64,000 nt of DNA from Flavobacterium sp. (lineage in GTDB: Bacteria; Bacteroidota; Bacteroidia; Flavobacteriales; Flavobacteriaceae). Shown in pieces: positions 48,356 through 58,732 of the stretch (its first letter is position 1; each line of letters opens with the position of its first letter). The notes beneath the pieces were generated by a model. The model did not search any database. It was not told the origin of the DNA and saw only the letters and a program-made list of their open reading frames with translations. The translations under genes were made by a program, and so were the position numbers. Location: positions 22,531 through 86,530 of the forward strand of contig NZ_JAHEBT010000056.1 of assembly GCF_024642105.1 (NCBI RefSeq), read 5' to 3'.

Positions 48356-48489
48356 GTGCCTTTAGGTACAGAATAAAGTAGTTTGTGTAGCATGATTTTT
48401 CAAGAGTGCCGTTAGGTACGAAATCCCGTACCTACGGCACGGAAACTCAAGCTTGGATTTTTTTACCTCTATGTTGTACCTAACGGCAC
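48356..48489. repeat. Nested four-unit GTGCC(G/T)TTAGGTAC palindromic element
   Basis: Forward units at 48356 and 48406; reverse units at 48427 and 48475. Confidence 0.85.
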
Positions 48490-48497
48490 AAAAAAAT

Positions 48498-48974
48498 TTA
48501 ATTTTTCCCAGCTTCTAACTCTTTCACTTTCTCGTACACTACATTACTTTCGTAGCCTTTTCTCAATAAAAAATCACAACATTTTTTACGTTTTTTGAGT
48601 CCGCTGGATTCTTTGATGGAATGCCAATTTCGTTCGGCCAAAGCATTGAAATTCGTTTCGTATTCTTCAGGGGTAATTTCTTTGAGTGCCAAATTGATAT
48701 TGTAAGTTGTGATGTTTCTCAATTTCAATTCGTTGACGATGCGCACTTTGCCCCACAACTTAATGCGGTGTTTTCCTCGGGCAAAACTGCAGGCAAACCG
48801 ACTTTCGTTGAGGTAGTTTTCTTGGATTAAATGAGCCAAAATTTCGTCAATTTCTGCCGAATCCATTTTCATAGTGCGTAATTTTTGCACCACTTCATCG
48901 TGGCAACGCTCCTGATAGGCACAGAAATGTTCTATTTTATGAATCGCTTCTTTAACGGAATTGACTTCGCTCAT
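48498..48974 (-). CDS. recX: Regulatory protein RecX
   Basis: CAYQERCH.EV, NYLNESRFA.SF.RGK...WGK, FLLRKGYE. Confidence 0.9.
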   Translation of the reverse strand: MSEVNSVKEAIHKIEHFCAYQERCHDEVVQKLRTMKMDSAEIDEILAHLIQENYLNESRFACSFARGKHRIKLWGKVRIVNELKLRNITTYNINLALKEITPEEYETNFNALAERNWHSIKESSGLKKRKKCCDFLLRKGYESNVVYEKVKELEAGKN

Positions 48975-49138
48975 GAGGTAGTTTTTATACTCGAAAAGTA
49001 AGTATTTTATTTGGATTGCCATCTTTCGGTTTATCAAAAATCACTAAATGTGGGTATTTTAATGTGTCTGTTTTTAGGTTAAGTTTGTGATTACTAGTTA
49101 AATTAGTATTTAAAATCATAATTTAAAGCGCCCCCTTT

Positions 49139-52100
49139 ATGTTATACTTTACCCAAATTACACCTAAAAAAAGGGTGGCCTTTGTGCTATTCTTTTTTCT
49201 TTCTTGTTTTGGCTACAGCCAAGAAGTGCAACTCGACCCCCACTTTAATTCGTATGATGATGGACTTTTGGGCGATGGTTTTGACGGAACCGTGCGAACA
49301 TTGTCTCTTCAGACCGACGGAAAATTAATCGTAGGAGGTGAATTTCTAAATTACAATGGCAGCGCCACTCCGTATCTCTGTCGATTACAGACGGATGGTT
49401 CCAAAGATATTGGATTTAATTTAGGTACTTCTTTCAATAGTAAAATTTATACTTCGCTTATCCAGCCTGATGGCAAAATTATAGTGGCAGGAGCCTTTAC
49501 TACTTGTAATGGAATTCCAGTGGGGCGCTTGGTGCGGTTGAATGCAGACGGTTCGAGAGATACTACTTTCGACACTTCTATTGCGGCGAGTAGTGGTACT
49601 ATTTATGGATTGGCATTACAGGCTGATGGTAAATTACTCGTGGTAGGAAGTTTTACCAAATTCAATGGAATTACTGTAAACAGAATTGCAAGAGTTTTAC
49701 CTCATGGCGATTTGGATACTAGTTTCGTTACAGGGACAGGAACTACGAGTACAATTGACGATGTGGCGATTGCTCCTGATGGTAAAATAGTGCTTTCGGG
49801 AACGTTTAGTTCTTTTAACGGGAATGCTAATTATTCCAAATTAGTTCGGTTGCATTCAGATGGAAGCATTGATACCACTTTTTCTATAGGGACTGGTTTT
49901 GATGATGCTATTGAAGCTATTGCGATTCAGGCGGAGGGTAAAATTGTAGTAGGAGGTAGCTTTCTGAATTACAATGGAACGCCTCAAAATAGAATTGTTC
50001 GTTTGAATACGAATGGAACCGTCGATACCAGTTTTCTGTCTGGAACGGGTTTTAATAATGGAGCAGTTCATGCGATTCATAGTACTTCTGGCGGATTTCT
50101 GGTAGGCGGTAGTTTTAGCGGTACTTATAAGTCGACAGCTGTTAATCGTCTGGTTTTCTTAAATTCAAACGGAACACTGAATACCAATTTTGATATTGGC
50201 GCAGGCCCAGCCTCAGCAACTGTGTACACTTTAACTGAATCAATAGATAGCTTTTTTGTTGGAGGTTCTTTTTCTTTTTTTGATGATTTGAAACAGGGGA
50301 AGTTAGCTAAAATTAGTACCGTTGGCGAATTGGATTCAGGGTATTTAACCGCTGGAGTAGGATTTGATAAAGCAGTAGACAAAATAGTTCCTTTAGTAAA
50401 TGGAAGTTATATTGCTTTTGGAAGTTTTACTCAATTTAATGGAAAATCCATTAATCGAATTGTAAAACTGACGGCAAACGGTGAGCTGGACACTACTTTC
50501 AATCCCAATCAATCTGGATTTGATAGTACAGTCAAAGAAGTAGTGGTACTGCCAGACGGAAAACTTCTAGTAGCGGGAAATTTCACTAAATATAATGATA
50601 TTCCTGTCAAAAGAATGGTTCGTTTGGATCTGAATGGTGATATCGATACGTCTTTTAATGTTGGTTCTGGTTTTAATTATATGGTCTATACTTTGGCTTT
50701 GCAGCCTGACGGCAAAATTATTGTGGCGGGTAGTTTTACCACGTATAAAGGAGTAGCTGTTAAAAAAGTGATTCGGTTACAGCTAAACGGTGATTTGGAT
50801 ACTAGTTTTAACATTGGAACAAATCCTAATGCTACACCAAATCTATTATTGATTCAACCCGATGGAAAGGTTGTAGTGGGAGGAGATTTCGCTACTTTTA
50901 ATGGAGTTGGATCGAATAAATTAATTCGGTTAAATTCAAATGGTTCGGTTGATTCGAGTTTTTCTGTTGGGACAGGATTTGTAGGGACTATTTATACTAT
51001 GGCGTTACAAAATGACGGGAAAATTCTTGTGGGAGGTTCACTATCCAAATACAACGGACAAACGATTGGCAAAATAATACGACTTAATTCTAATGGAACC
51101 GCAGACGCAACGTTTAATTCAGGAACTGGTTTTAGTGGAGGAACAGTGCGTTCCATTGTTTTACAATCTAATGGAAGGATTTTAGTAGGCGGTTCTTTTT
51201 CGGGGAATTATAAGGGTACTTCTGTAAAAAGAATGGTGCGCTTATTGCCAGATGGGACTTATGACACTTCTTTTCCAGTCATTCTAAATGGGCAACTGAA
51301 TAGTATTTGTTTGGTTCAAGGTGGAGCGGTTATTGGAGGTAATTTCAATTCGGTTTCCGGAATTTCGAAGCATCGCATCGCGAAGTTGTTATTTTGTCAA
51401 GAAGGCACAATTTGGGACGGGAAAAATTGGAGCAATGGTTTGCCAACGAAGGATAAAACGGTTATTTTTAATAGCAATTATGAGATTTCGACTGATACTA
51501 AAATGTGTTCTTGTGTAGTCAATTCAGGAATAACAGTTACGGTTGCAACTGCAGCTACTTTAGAATTGGTGTCCAACTATTCCGGAAGCGGAAATTTAGT
51601 TTTTGAAAATAATGCTTCTTTATTTCAAACGGATGATTCCGTTGTAAATACAGGGGTTGTTCAGTTCAAGCGAAAAACCACACCGGTTCGTAAAACGGAT
51701 TATACCTATTGGTCCTCGCCAGTGGCAGGTCAACAATTGAAATTACTTTCTCCGAATTCGCCTTCTTCTACCTTTTATTCTTTTAATTCTCAGTTAAATC
51801 ATTGGAAAAATGAATCATACAATACAAATATGATTATAGGCAAAGGCTATATTTTTCAAGCGCCTCAAAGTTTTTCAGCAACGACTCCGGCAATTTTCGA
51901 AGCTGCTTTTTCTGGAATACCCAATAATGGTTTGGTTTCACTTCCTATAGCTCAAACGAAAACGCCCAATTTGATAGGAAATCCGTATCCTTCATCACTG
52001 AATGCCGATGCATTTATTCTAGAGAATCAGAATGTGCTACAGGGTAGCTTGTATTTTTGGACACACAATACCCCAATTGATAATGGCCAATATACCTCTG

Positions 52101-52993
52101 ATGATTATGCCGTGTATACTATTTTGGGAGGAGTAGGAACAGCGGCTAAAAATAGCGGGATAAATAACACAATTCCAAATGGTAAAATTGCATCCGGTCA
52201 AGCTTTTTTTGTTTTAGGGAACAATCAGCAGGGAGATATTGTCTTTAAAAACGCAATGCGATTAAAAGGAGAGAATAGTGTATTCTTTAAAAATAGTTCA
52301 AATAAATCAGTAGCTTCTTCCCACTTTGAAAAACACCGAATTTGGCTCAATTTATCCAACGCACAAGGTCTTTTTAAACAAATTTTATTGGGGTACGCCA
52401 CAGGAGCAACTAATGTGAAAGATATACTATTTGACGGACTTTCGTTGGATAGCAACGAATGGTTGGATTTTTATAGTCTAAACGAAGGAGATAAAAACAG
52501 TATTCAGGCAAGAGCCTTACCATTTGATGATTCGGATTCAGTTTCGATAGGCTACCGAGCCAAACAAGAAGGGAATTATACGATTAGTTTGGATGATTTT
52601 GATGGACTGTTTGCAAATCAAAACATTTTTTTGGAAGACAAAGAACAAACTAAAATATTTGATTTAAAGAAAGAAGCCTATTCATTCACTACTACCAAAG
52701 GCACGTTTGACAATCGGTTTGAGTTGCGTTTTCAATCTAAAAATGCTGTTCCCTCAGCAATTTCCGCTGAAGTTCAAATTGTAACTCGAAACAATCAAAT
52801 TCAGATAAATTCGTTAAAAGAGACAATCAATAAAGTGTCGCTATACTCGATGGATGGTAGGCAATTGTATCAAGTGCAACAATTGAAAACAAAAACGCAT
52901 TTTATTGAAGCAGCATTTTGGAAAACAAAAGTGCTTATTGTTCAAATTACATTGGAAACAGGAGCAGTAGTCAGTCGTAAAGTGTTGTTGTAA
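49139..52993 (+). CDS. T9SS-secreted delta-60-repeat beta-propeller protein
   Basis: 14 QPDGKIIVAG.F-type repeats, a C-terminal Flavobacterium-type domain and a T9SS CTD ending SRKVLL. Confidence 0.82.
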   Translation: MLYFTQITPKKRVAFVLFFFLSCFGYSQEVQLDPHFNSYDDGLLGDGFDGTVRTLSLQTDGKLIVGGEFLNYNGSATPYLCRLQTDGSKDIGFNLGTSFNSKIYTSLIQPDGKIIVAGAFTTCNGIPVGRLVRLNADGSRDTTFDTSIAASSGTIYGLALQADGKLLVVGSFTKFNGITVNRIARVLPHGDLDTSFVTGTGTTSTIDDVAIAPDGKIVLSGTFSSFNGNANYSKLVRLHSDGSIDTTFSIGTGFDDAIEAIAIQAEGKIVVGGSFLNYNGTPQNRIVRLNTNGTVDTSFLSGTGFNNGAVHAIHSTSGGFLVGGSFSGTYKSTAVNRLVFLNSNGTLNTNFDIGAGPASATVYTLTESIDSFFVGGSFSFFDDLKQGKLAKISTVGELDSGYLTAGVGFDKAVDKIVPLVNGSYIAFGSFTQFNGKSINRIVKLTANGELDTTFNPNQSGFDSTVKEVVVLPDGKLLVAGNFTKYNDIPVKRMVRLDLNGDIDTSFNVGSGFNYMVYTLALQPDGKIIVAGSFTTYKGVAVKKVIRLQLNGDLDTSFNIGTNPNATPNLLLIQPDGKVVVGGDFATFNGVGSNKLIRLNSNGSVDSSFSVGTGFVGTIYTMALQNDGKILVGGSLSKYNGQTIGKIIRLNSNGTADATFNSGTGFSGGTVRSIVLQSNGRILVGGSFSGNYKGTSVKRMVRLLPDGTYDTSFPVILNGQLNSICLVQGGAVIGGNFNSVSGISKHRIAKLLFCQEGTIWDGKNWSNGLPTKDKTVIFNSNYEISTDTKMCSCVVNSGITVTVATAATLELVSNYSGSGNLVFENNASLFQTDDSVVNTGVVQFKRKTTPVRKTDYTYWSSPVAGQQLKLLSPNSPSSTFYSFNSQLNHWKNESYNTNMIIGKGYIFQAPQSFSATTPAIFEAAFSGIPNNGLVSLPIAQTKTPNLIGNPYPSSLNADAFILENQNVLQGSLYFWTHNTPIDNGQYTSDDYAVYTILGGVGTAAKNSGINNTIPNGKIASGQAFFVLGNNQQGDIVFKNAMRLKGENSVFFKNSSNKSVASSHFEKHRIWLNLSNAQGLFKQILLGYATGATNVKDILFDGLSLDSNEWLDFYSLNEGDKNSIQARALPFDDSDSVSIGYRAKQEGNYTISLDDFDGLFANQNIFLEDKEQTKIFDLKKEAYSFTTTKGTFDNRFELRFQSKNAVPSAISAEVQIVTRNNQIQINSLKETINKVSLYSMDGRQLYQVQQLKTKTHFIEAAFWKTKVLIVQITLETGAVVSRKVLL

Positions 52994-52997
52994 AAGA

Positions 52998-53029
52998 AAA
53001 AGCTTCCAACCTTAATGGTGGAAGCTTTT
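52998..53029. terminator. Bidirectional terminator hairpin
   Basis: AAAAGCTTCCA...TGGAAGCTTTT between convergent genes. Confidence 0.75.
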
Positions 53030-53049
53030 ATATACTTCAATGCTATTTT

Positions 53050-54135
53050 TTATTTTCCTTTTACAGAGGCTTCTAAATTTCTTTCGATAGTATGACCTGG
53101 ACGCGACCATTTTGGTTTTTCGCCTAAGGCAGCATATTGAGAATCTTCGGCTTCTACTGTTGGTGGTTGTACCATTTTAGTAAATGGTTTTTGTGGTTTC
53201 AATCCCAATAATTCAAACATTTTCATGTCTTCATTCACATCAGGATTTGGAGTGGTCAATAATTTATTTCCTGCAAAGATAGAATTGGCACCCGCGAAGA
53301 AACACATCGCCTGACCTTCGCGACTCATATTGGTTCTACCTGCCGATAAACGAACTTGTGTTTCAGGCATTACAATTCGAGTTGTAGCTACCATTCGAAT
53401 CATTTCCCAAATTTCAACGGGTTCTTCGTCTTCCAAAGGTGTTCCGTCTACCGCCACCAAAGCATTAATTGGCACTGATTCCGGTTGTGGATTTAAAGTA
53501 GAAAGTGCTACCAGCATTCCTGCACGGTCTTCGATACTTTCTCCCATTCCGATGATACCACCACTACAAACAGTTACGTTAGTTTTACGAACGTTTTCTA
53601 TAGTTTGCAAACGGTCTTCGAAACCGCGTGTCGAAATCACTTCTTTATAATATTCTTCTGAAGTATCTAAATTATGATTGTAAGCATACAAACCTGCTTC
53701 GGCTAATCGCTGTGCTTGGTTTTCGGTAATCATCCCCAAAGTACAACATACTTCCATGTCCAATTTATTGATGGTACGCACCATTTCTAACACTTGGTCA
53801 AATTCGGGTCCGTCTTTTACATTGCGCCAAGCGGCTCCCATACATACACGAGAAGATCCAGCTGATTTAGCGTTCAAAGCCTGTGCTTTTACTTGGTTCA
53901 CCGTCATTAAATCATTTCCTTCTACGTTGGTGTTGTAACGTGCTGCCTGAGGGCAATACCCACAATCTTCGGAGCATCCACCTGTTTTGATGGACAATAA
54001 AGTTGAAACCTGTACCACGTTTGGATCGTGATTTTCTCTATGAATTGTGGCTGCATCATACAACAAGTCCATTAAAGGTCTATTGTAAATAGCGATAATT
54101 TCTTCTTTTGTCCAATCGTGTTTTGTAATGCTCAT
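53050..54135 (-). CDS. bioB: Biotin synthase
   Basis: CSEDCGYC radical-SAM motif, RVCMGAAW, YNHNLDTS, PESVPIN, VRLSAGR. ATG 54135 chosen because the TTG at 54156 is in the promoter. Confidence 0.97.
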   Translation of the reverse strand: MSITKHDWTKEEIIAIYNRPLMDLLYDAATIHRENHDPNVVQVSTLLSIKTGGCSEDCGYCPQAARYNTNVEGNDLMTVNQVKAQALNAKSAGSSRVCMGAAWRNVKDGPEFDQVLEMVRTINKLDMEVCCTLGMITENQAQRLAEAGLYAYNHNLDTSEEYYKEVISTRGFEDRLQTIENVRKTNVTVCSGGIIGMGESIEDRAGMLVALSTLNPQPESVPINALVAVDGTPLEDEEPVEIWEMIRMVATTRIVMPETQVRLSAGRTNMSREGQAMCFFAGANSIFAGNKLLTTPNPDVNEDMKMFELLGLKPQKPFTKMVQPPTVEAEDSQYAALGEKPKWSRPGHTIERNLEASVKGK

Positions 54136-54153
54136 GGGTGTAATTTTATGTGT

Positions 54154-54161
54154 CAAAAGTA
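54154..54161 (-). promoter_or_regulatory. -7 promoter element of bioB
   Basis: TACTTTTG on the minus strand. Confidence 0.55.
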
Positions 54162-54216
54162 ATCAAATAGTTTCAAACAAGCAATCGCACGTATTTAAAA
54201 GGGAGAGCTACTTGTT

Positions 54217-55146
54217 TTATAAATTTTGAAGGTACTGTTTTGAAAAATTTCGATCGTCTTCCAATTGTTTTGTTAGCAATTCAACCGACTCAAATTTCTT
54301 TTCTGAACGAAGGCGTTGTAAAATAGAAACTTTAATGTGACGATTATAAATATCAGCATCAAAATCGAAAAAATGAGCTTCAATAGTTCTGTTTTTCCCT
54401 TGAACAGTAGGGTTAAGGCCAATATTCATCATTCCGAAAACGTGTTTACCTTCTATTTCCGCACGGACTACGTAGACTCCGTTTTTTGGAACTAATTTGT
54501 AGGTTTCTTCTAACTCAATGTTGGCTGTTGGAAAACCAATGGTTCTACCTAATTGTTTCCCTTTTACAACAGTTCCGCTTAAAAAATAAGCATAGCCTAA
54601 ATATTCATTGGCCAAATGGATGTCTCCTGTTTCAAGAGCGGTTCTAATTTTGGTGGAGCTGATTGAAATTGCGTTGATTTCTTGGGCTGATATTTGCTCT
54701 ACTTCAAACCCATATTGTGTGCCAAAAGTGATTAAATCATCAATGTTTGCCGTTCGGTTTTTCCCAAATCGGTGGTCGTAGCCAATGATGATTTTTTGAA
54801 CATGTAGTTGATCTACTAAAACGGTTTTGACAAATTCTTCGGCACTTAACTGAGCGAAGCTTTCGTCAAAAGGATGGATAATTAGATTTTCAATTCCAAT
54901 TGTTTCTAATAACTCCATTTTTTCATTGATGGTGTTCAGTAATTTCAAATCGGATTTTCCTTGCAACACCATTCTTGGGTGTGGAAAAAAAGTAAGTACG
55001 GTACTTTCAAATTCTCCATTGTTGGTGTTTTGGGTCAATTTTTTTAGAATTGCCGCGTGACCAATATGCACCCCATCAAAAGTACCAAGCGTTAAAATGG
55101 TTTTCTTGTCAGAATGAAATTCGTTTATGGAATGAAAAATTTTCAA
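54217..55146 (-). CDS. ribF: Bifunctional riboflavin kinase/FAD synthetase
   Basis: LGTFDGVHIGH, GYDHRFG, ISSTKIR, GRTIGFPTAN, IEAH, LRSEKKF. Confidence 0.97.
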   Translation of the reverse strand: MKIFHSINEFHSDKKTILTLGTFDGVHIGHAAILKKLTQNTNNGEFESTVLTFFPHPRMVLQGKSDLKLLNTINEKMELLETIGIENLIIHPFDESFAQLSAEEFVKTVLVDQLHVQKIIIGYDHRFGKNRTANIDDLITFGTQYGFEVEQISAQEINAISISSTKIRTALETGDIHLANEYLGYAYFLSGTVVKGKQLGRTIGFPTANIELEETYKLVPKNGVYVVRAEIEGKHVFGMMNIGLNPTVQGKNRTIEAHFFDFDADIYNRHIKVSILQRLRSEKKFESVELLTKQLEDDRNFSKQYLQNL

Positions 55147-55170
55147 GTCAGTTTCCCTTTATTTTGGGTG

Positions 55171-55178
55171 CAAATTTA
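55171..55178 (-). promoter_or_regulatory. -7 promoter element of ribF
   Basis: TAAATTTG on the minus strand. Confidence 0.55.
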
Positions 55179-55346
55179 AACTAATCTATTTGAAATTTCG
55201 TTTCAAAATGAATTCCTTTTGAACTAAACTTTTAAACTATCAGTCAAAAGAAGATCAAATCCTGTTTTTTGAAATAAAATTCAGGATTTTGAACCCTAAT
55301 TTTAAATCAAAAAAACTAATTTTGGAATTCCAAAGACACCCAATCT

Positions 55347-58022
55347 ATGAAAAGATACTTTCTGTTTTTAATTCTTATCTTTTCTTTTTCGCTGGTACAA
55401 GCCCAAAATGTATCTCCGTGGAAAAGAATTTCTCGAGCCCAAATTTCCTTAACAGAACGTGCTAATATTAGAGAAAATCAGGAGAATTTAGTATTGTTTG
55501 AATTAGATGCATCAGCTTTAAAACAGTCCTTGCAACCTCTTCAAAATTCAGCTATTGTGAGCGAAATGGAAATCGAAATTCCAAATAAAAAGGGCGAATT
55601 AGAAAAATTTAAAATTCATGAATTTTCTAATTTTGAACCCGCTTTACAAGCTCAATTTCCAGATATTCGTTCGTATGCAGGGGTGGGTTTGACAGATAAA
55701 AATGCGTCTGTTTATTTCAGCATGTCTTCAAAAGGAATTCAAACGATGGTTTTGCGTTCCGATACTACTACTGAATTTATTGAACGTTTCTCGGACAGTC
55801 AGGATATTTATGAATTGTTTGATTCCAATACCAGAAAAAAAGGCGATTTACCCTTAAGCTGTTCAACGGCTGACGTGCTTTTAAACAAACAATTAGGTAA
55901 TAAAACTCTCGCTACCACAGCTAATAATGGGGTATATAAAACATTACGATTGGCATTGGCATGTACCGGAGAATATACTGCTTATTTTGGTGGAGTGACT
56001 CAAGCATTAGCTGCGATGAACGCAACTTTAACTCGCGTGAATGGTATTTTTAATAGAGATTTGGCGTTGCATTTAAATTTGATTGCCAACAATACAGTTT
56101 TATTGTATACGAATGCTGCCACTGATCCTTTCTCTCCCGCGTCTGTTGGGGCTAATGGCGCTTGGAACTTAGAATTGCAAAATGATTTAACAGCCAAAAT
56201 AGGAAATGCTAATTACGATATTGGACATTTATTTGGTGCTTCGGGAGGGGGTGGCAATGCCGGTTGTATTGGTTGCGTATGTCAAAATCCAATCTCATCA
56301 ACTGATTTAGCTAAAGGCAGTGGCTATACTTCTCCCGCTGACGGAAAACCTGAAGGGGATACGTTTGATATTGATTTTGTAGTACATGAGATGGGTCATC
56401 AATTAGGGGCAAATCATACTTTTTCTCATGAAACTGAAGGTACGGGTGTTAATGTAGAACCAGGTGGAGGTTCGACTATTATGGCCTACGCAGGAGTTAC
56501 TGATTACAATGTGCAGAGCCATTCGGATGATTATTTTGCTTATGTTAGTATTGCACAAATACAAAATAATTTAGCCACAAAATCCTGCCCAATAACGACT
56601 ATCTTGTCTAATAAAACGCCAACGGCTAATGCGGGGGCAGATTTTGTGATTCCTAAAGGAACGGCTTTTGTACTGAAAGGCTCGGGTCTAGATCCTAATG
56701 GAGATGTGTTGAGCTATTGTTGGGAAGAAAATGATTCGGCTACTAGTGCAACAGGAGCTAATAGTATCGCGTATTCGACCAAGACAGATGGCCCTCTTTT
56801 TAGGTCGTTGAGTCCCAGTATTTCTCCTATTCGGTATATGCCTGCGCAGAATAAAGTACTGACAAATAGGTTAAGTTCTACTTGGGAATCGGTTTCAGAT
56901 GTGGCTCGAACCTTGCATTTTACACTTACAGTACGCGATAATGCTGCTGATGGTTTGGCACAAACCAATACCGATGCTATGGTGGTTACGGTAGATGCTA
57001 CAAAAGGACCTTTTGAAGTGACTTCTCAAAATACTGCTGATTTGTCTTGGAAACCTTTAAGCCTTCAAACGATTACTTGGTCAGTGAATAATACACTCAA
57101 TTTACCGGGTTCGGCAAATGTCAATATCAAGTTGTCTGTTGATGGAGGACTAACTTTTCCGACAGTTTTAAAGGCGAATACACCCAATGATGGTTCGGAA
57201 CTTATTATTGTTCCTAATGGCATCACGGGGAAAAATTGCCGAATTTTAATTGAACCCACTGCCAATATTTATTATGCAATAAATAAAGAACCTTTTGCTA
57301 TTGGTTACACAACAGAATCTACCTGTGCTACGTATAATTTTTCAACACCTTTTGTAATTCCCGAATCGACATCGTACACTGCTAGAACAATTACGGTGCC
57401 TGCCACCACTACTACAGTTTCGGATGTGAATGTCGCTTTGAATTTTACACACCAATATTTGTCGGATGTTCAAATAGAATTACTTAACCCACAAGGGAAA
57501 ATAGTAAAGCTGTTTGAAAAAGGTTGTGGAGATACCAATGGCAGTTTGGTGCTTAATTATGATGACTTAGGCGGGGCAATTACCTGCGGTAAACAAACCT
57601 TACAAACCGTTGCGCCCTTTGATCCGTTATATTTGTTTAACGAGTTAAATCCATCGGGAACATGGACATTGCGAATTAGAGATGAATTTGTAGGAGATGT
57701 TGGAACATTAAATTCAGCTTCAGTAACTATTTGTACTAAAGCCTATACTTCTATGGCTCCAGTATCGGTTGATTTAAGTAACGTTTTGGTTTATCCCAAT
57801 CCTACTAAAGGAGATTTTTGCGTACTGTTCTCTAGCCAATATACTTCAGGAGTCACTATTTTAGTTCACGATTTATTAGGTAGAAAAGTGTATGAAAAAG
57901 ATTTTCCTAGCGCTACATTATTTAATGAGACAGTACAATTAGGCAATATCCAGGCTGGGATTTATCTTTTGACTATTGTTGACGGTTATAAAACCACAGT
58001 TAAAAAACTGGCTATATATTAA
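55347..58022 (+). CDS. T9SS-secreted reprolysin-like zinc metalloprotease with a P-domain
   Basis: HEMGHQLGANH, Met-turn STIMAYAG, proprotein-convertase P-domain (THQYLSDV), CTD VYPNP...GIYLLTI. Confidence 0.9.
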   Translation: MKRYFLFLILIFSFSLVQAQNVSPWKRISRAQISLTERANIRENQENLVLFELDASALKQSLQPLQNSAIVSEMEIEIPNKKGELEKFKIHEFSNFEPALQAQFPDIRSYAGVGLTDKNASVYFSMSSKGIQTMVLRSDTTTEFIERFSDSQDIYELFDSNTRKKGDLPLSCSTADVLLNKQLGNKTLATTANNGVYKTLRLALACTGEYTAYFGGVTQALAAMNATLTRVNGIFNRDLALHLNLIANNTVLLYTNAATDPFSPASVGANGAWNLELQNDLTAKIGNANYDIGHLFGASGGGGNAGCIGCVCQNPISSTDLAKGSGYTSPADGKPEGDTFDIDFVVHEMGHQLGANHTFSHETEGTGVNVEPGGGSTIMAYAGVTDYNVQSHSDDYFAYVSIAQIQNNLATKSCPITTILSNKTPTANAGADFVIPKGTAFVLKGSGLDPNGDVLSYCWEENDSATSATGANSIAYSTKTDGPLFRSLSPSISPIRYMPAQNKVLTNRLSSTWESVSDVARTLHFTLTVRDNAADGLAQTNTDAMVVTVDATKGPFEVTSQNTADLSWKPLSLQTITWSVNNTLNLPGSANVNIKLSVDGGLTFPTVLKANTPNDGSELIIVPNGITGKNCRILIEPTANIYYAINKEPFAIGYTTESTCATYNFSTPFVIPESTSYTARTITVPATTTTVSDVNVALNFTHQYLSDVQIELLNPQGKIVKLFEKGCGDTNGSLVLNYDDLGGAITCGKQTLQTVAPFDPLYLFNELNPSGTWTLRIRDEFVGDVGTLNSASVTICTKAYTSMAPVSVDLSNVLVYPNPTKGDFCVLFSSQYTSGVTILVHDLLGRKVYEKDFPSATLFNETVQLGNIQAGIYLLTIVDGYKTTVKKLAIY

Positions 58023-58037
58023 TCAATACAATCGTTT

Positions 58038-58712
58038 TTACTTGCCGTTAAATGCGGTCATGGTGTTTTCTAATCCCGCTGTTCCAAAAGATTTGATAAT
58101 TTCAGAAGCTAATTCAAGTCGTTCCGGAAGTTTCGTTTTTTCTTCTTCGTCCCAATCGCCAAGCACATAATCTACTTGTTGTCCTTTTTTAAATTGGTCA
58201 CTAATTCCAAAACGAAAACGCGTATAATTTTGGGTATTCAAAATCAAATTGATGTTTTTGAGTCCGTTATGACCGCCATCACTTCCTTTTGGTTTGATGC
58301 GAATGGTGCCAAAAGACAAATTCAAATCATCGGTGATTACTAATACATTTTCCAATGGAATATTTTCTTTGTCCATCCAAAATTTCACCGCTTTACCGCT
58401 TAAATTCATGTAGGTGTTTGGTTTTAGCAACAAAAAAGTACGTCCTTTGAATTTGTATTCGGCAAGAGCGCCCAATTTTACAGTTTCAAAAGAGAGACTT
58501 TCTTTTTTGGCTAAAAAGTCCAAAACTTTAAATCCAATATTGTGGCGTGTATTGACATATTCGGCTCCAATATTGCCTAAACCTACAATTAAAAATTTAT
58601 TACTCACGCTTTTCATATTGTTTTTTTGGTGTTCGTGAACCTCCGGTTTCATAGTGTCTGTATCACTTGCTGTTTTACTAGAGGCAAACAGTTGTGTTAT
58701 CCATTGAATCAT
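58038..58712 (-). CDS. pth: Peptidyl-tRNA hydrolase with an N-terminal extension
   Basis: IVGLGNIG..Y.NTRHNIGF, KPNTYMNLSG, DGGHNGLK, DYVLG. Confidence 0.96.
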   Translation of the reverse strand: MIQWITQLFASSKTASDTDTMKPEVHEHQKNNMKSVSNKFLIVGLGNIGAEYVNTRHNIGFKVLDFLAKKESLSFETVKLGALAEYKFKGRTFLLLKPNTYMNLSGKAVKFWMDKENIPLENVLVITDDLNLSFGTIRIKPKGSDGGHNGLKNINLILNTQNYTRFRFGISDQFKKGQQVDYVLGDWDEEEKTKLPERLELASEIIKSFGTAGLENTMTAFNGK

Positions 58713-58716
58713 GTTG

Positions 58717-58724
58717 CAAAAATA
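58717..58724 (-). promoter_or_regulatory. -7 promoter element directly upstream of pth
   Basis: TATTTTTG-CAAC-ATG. Confidence 0.55.
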
Positions 58725-58732
58725 AACTTATT

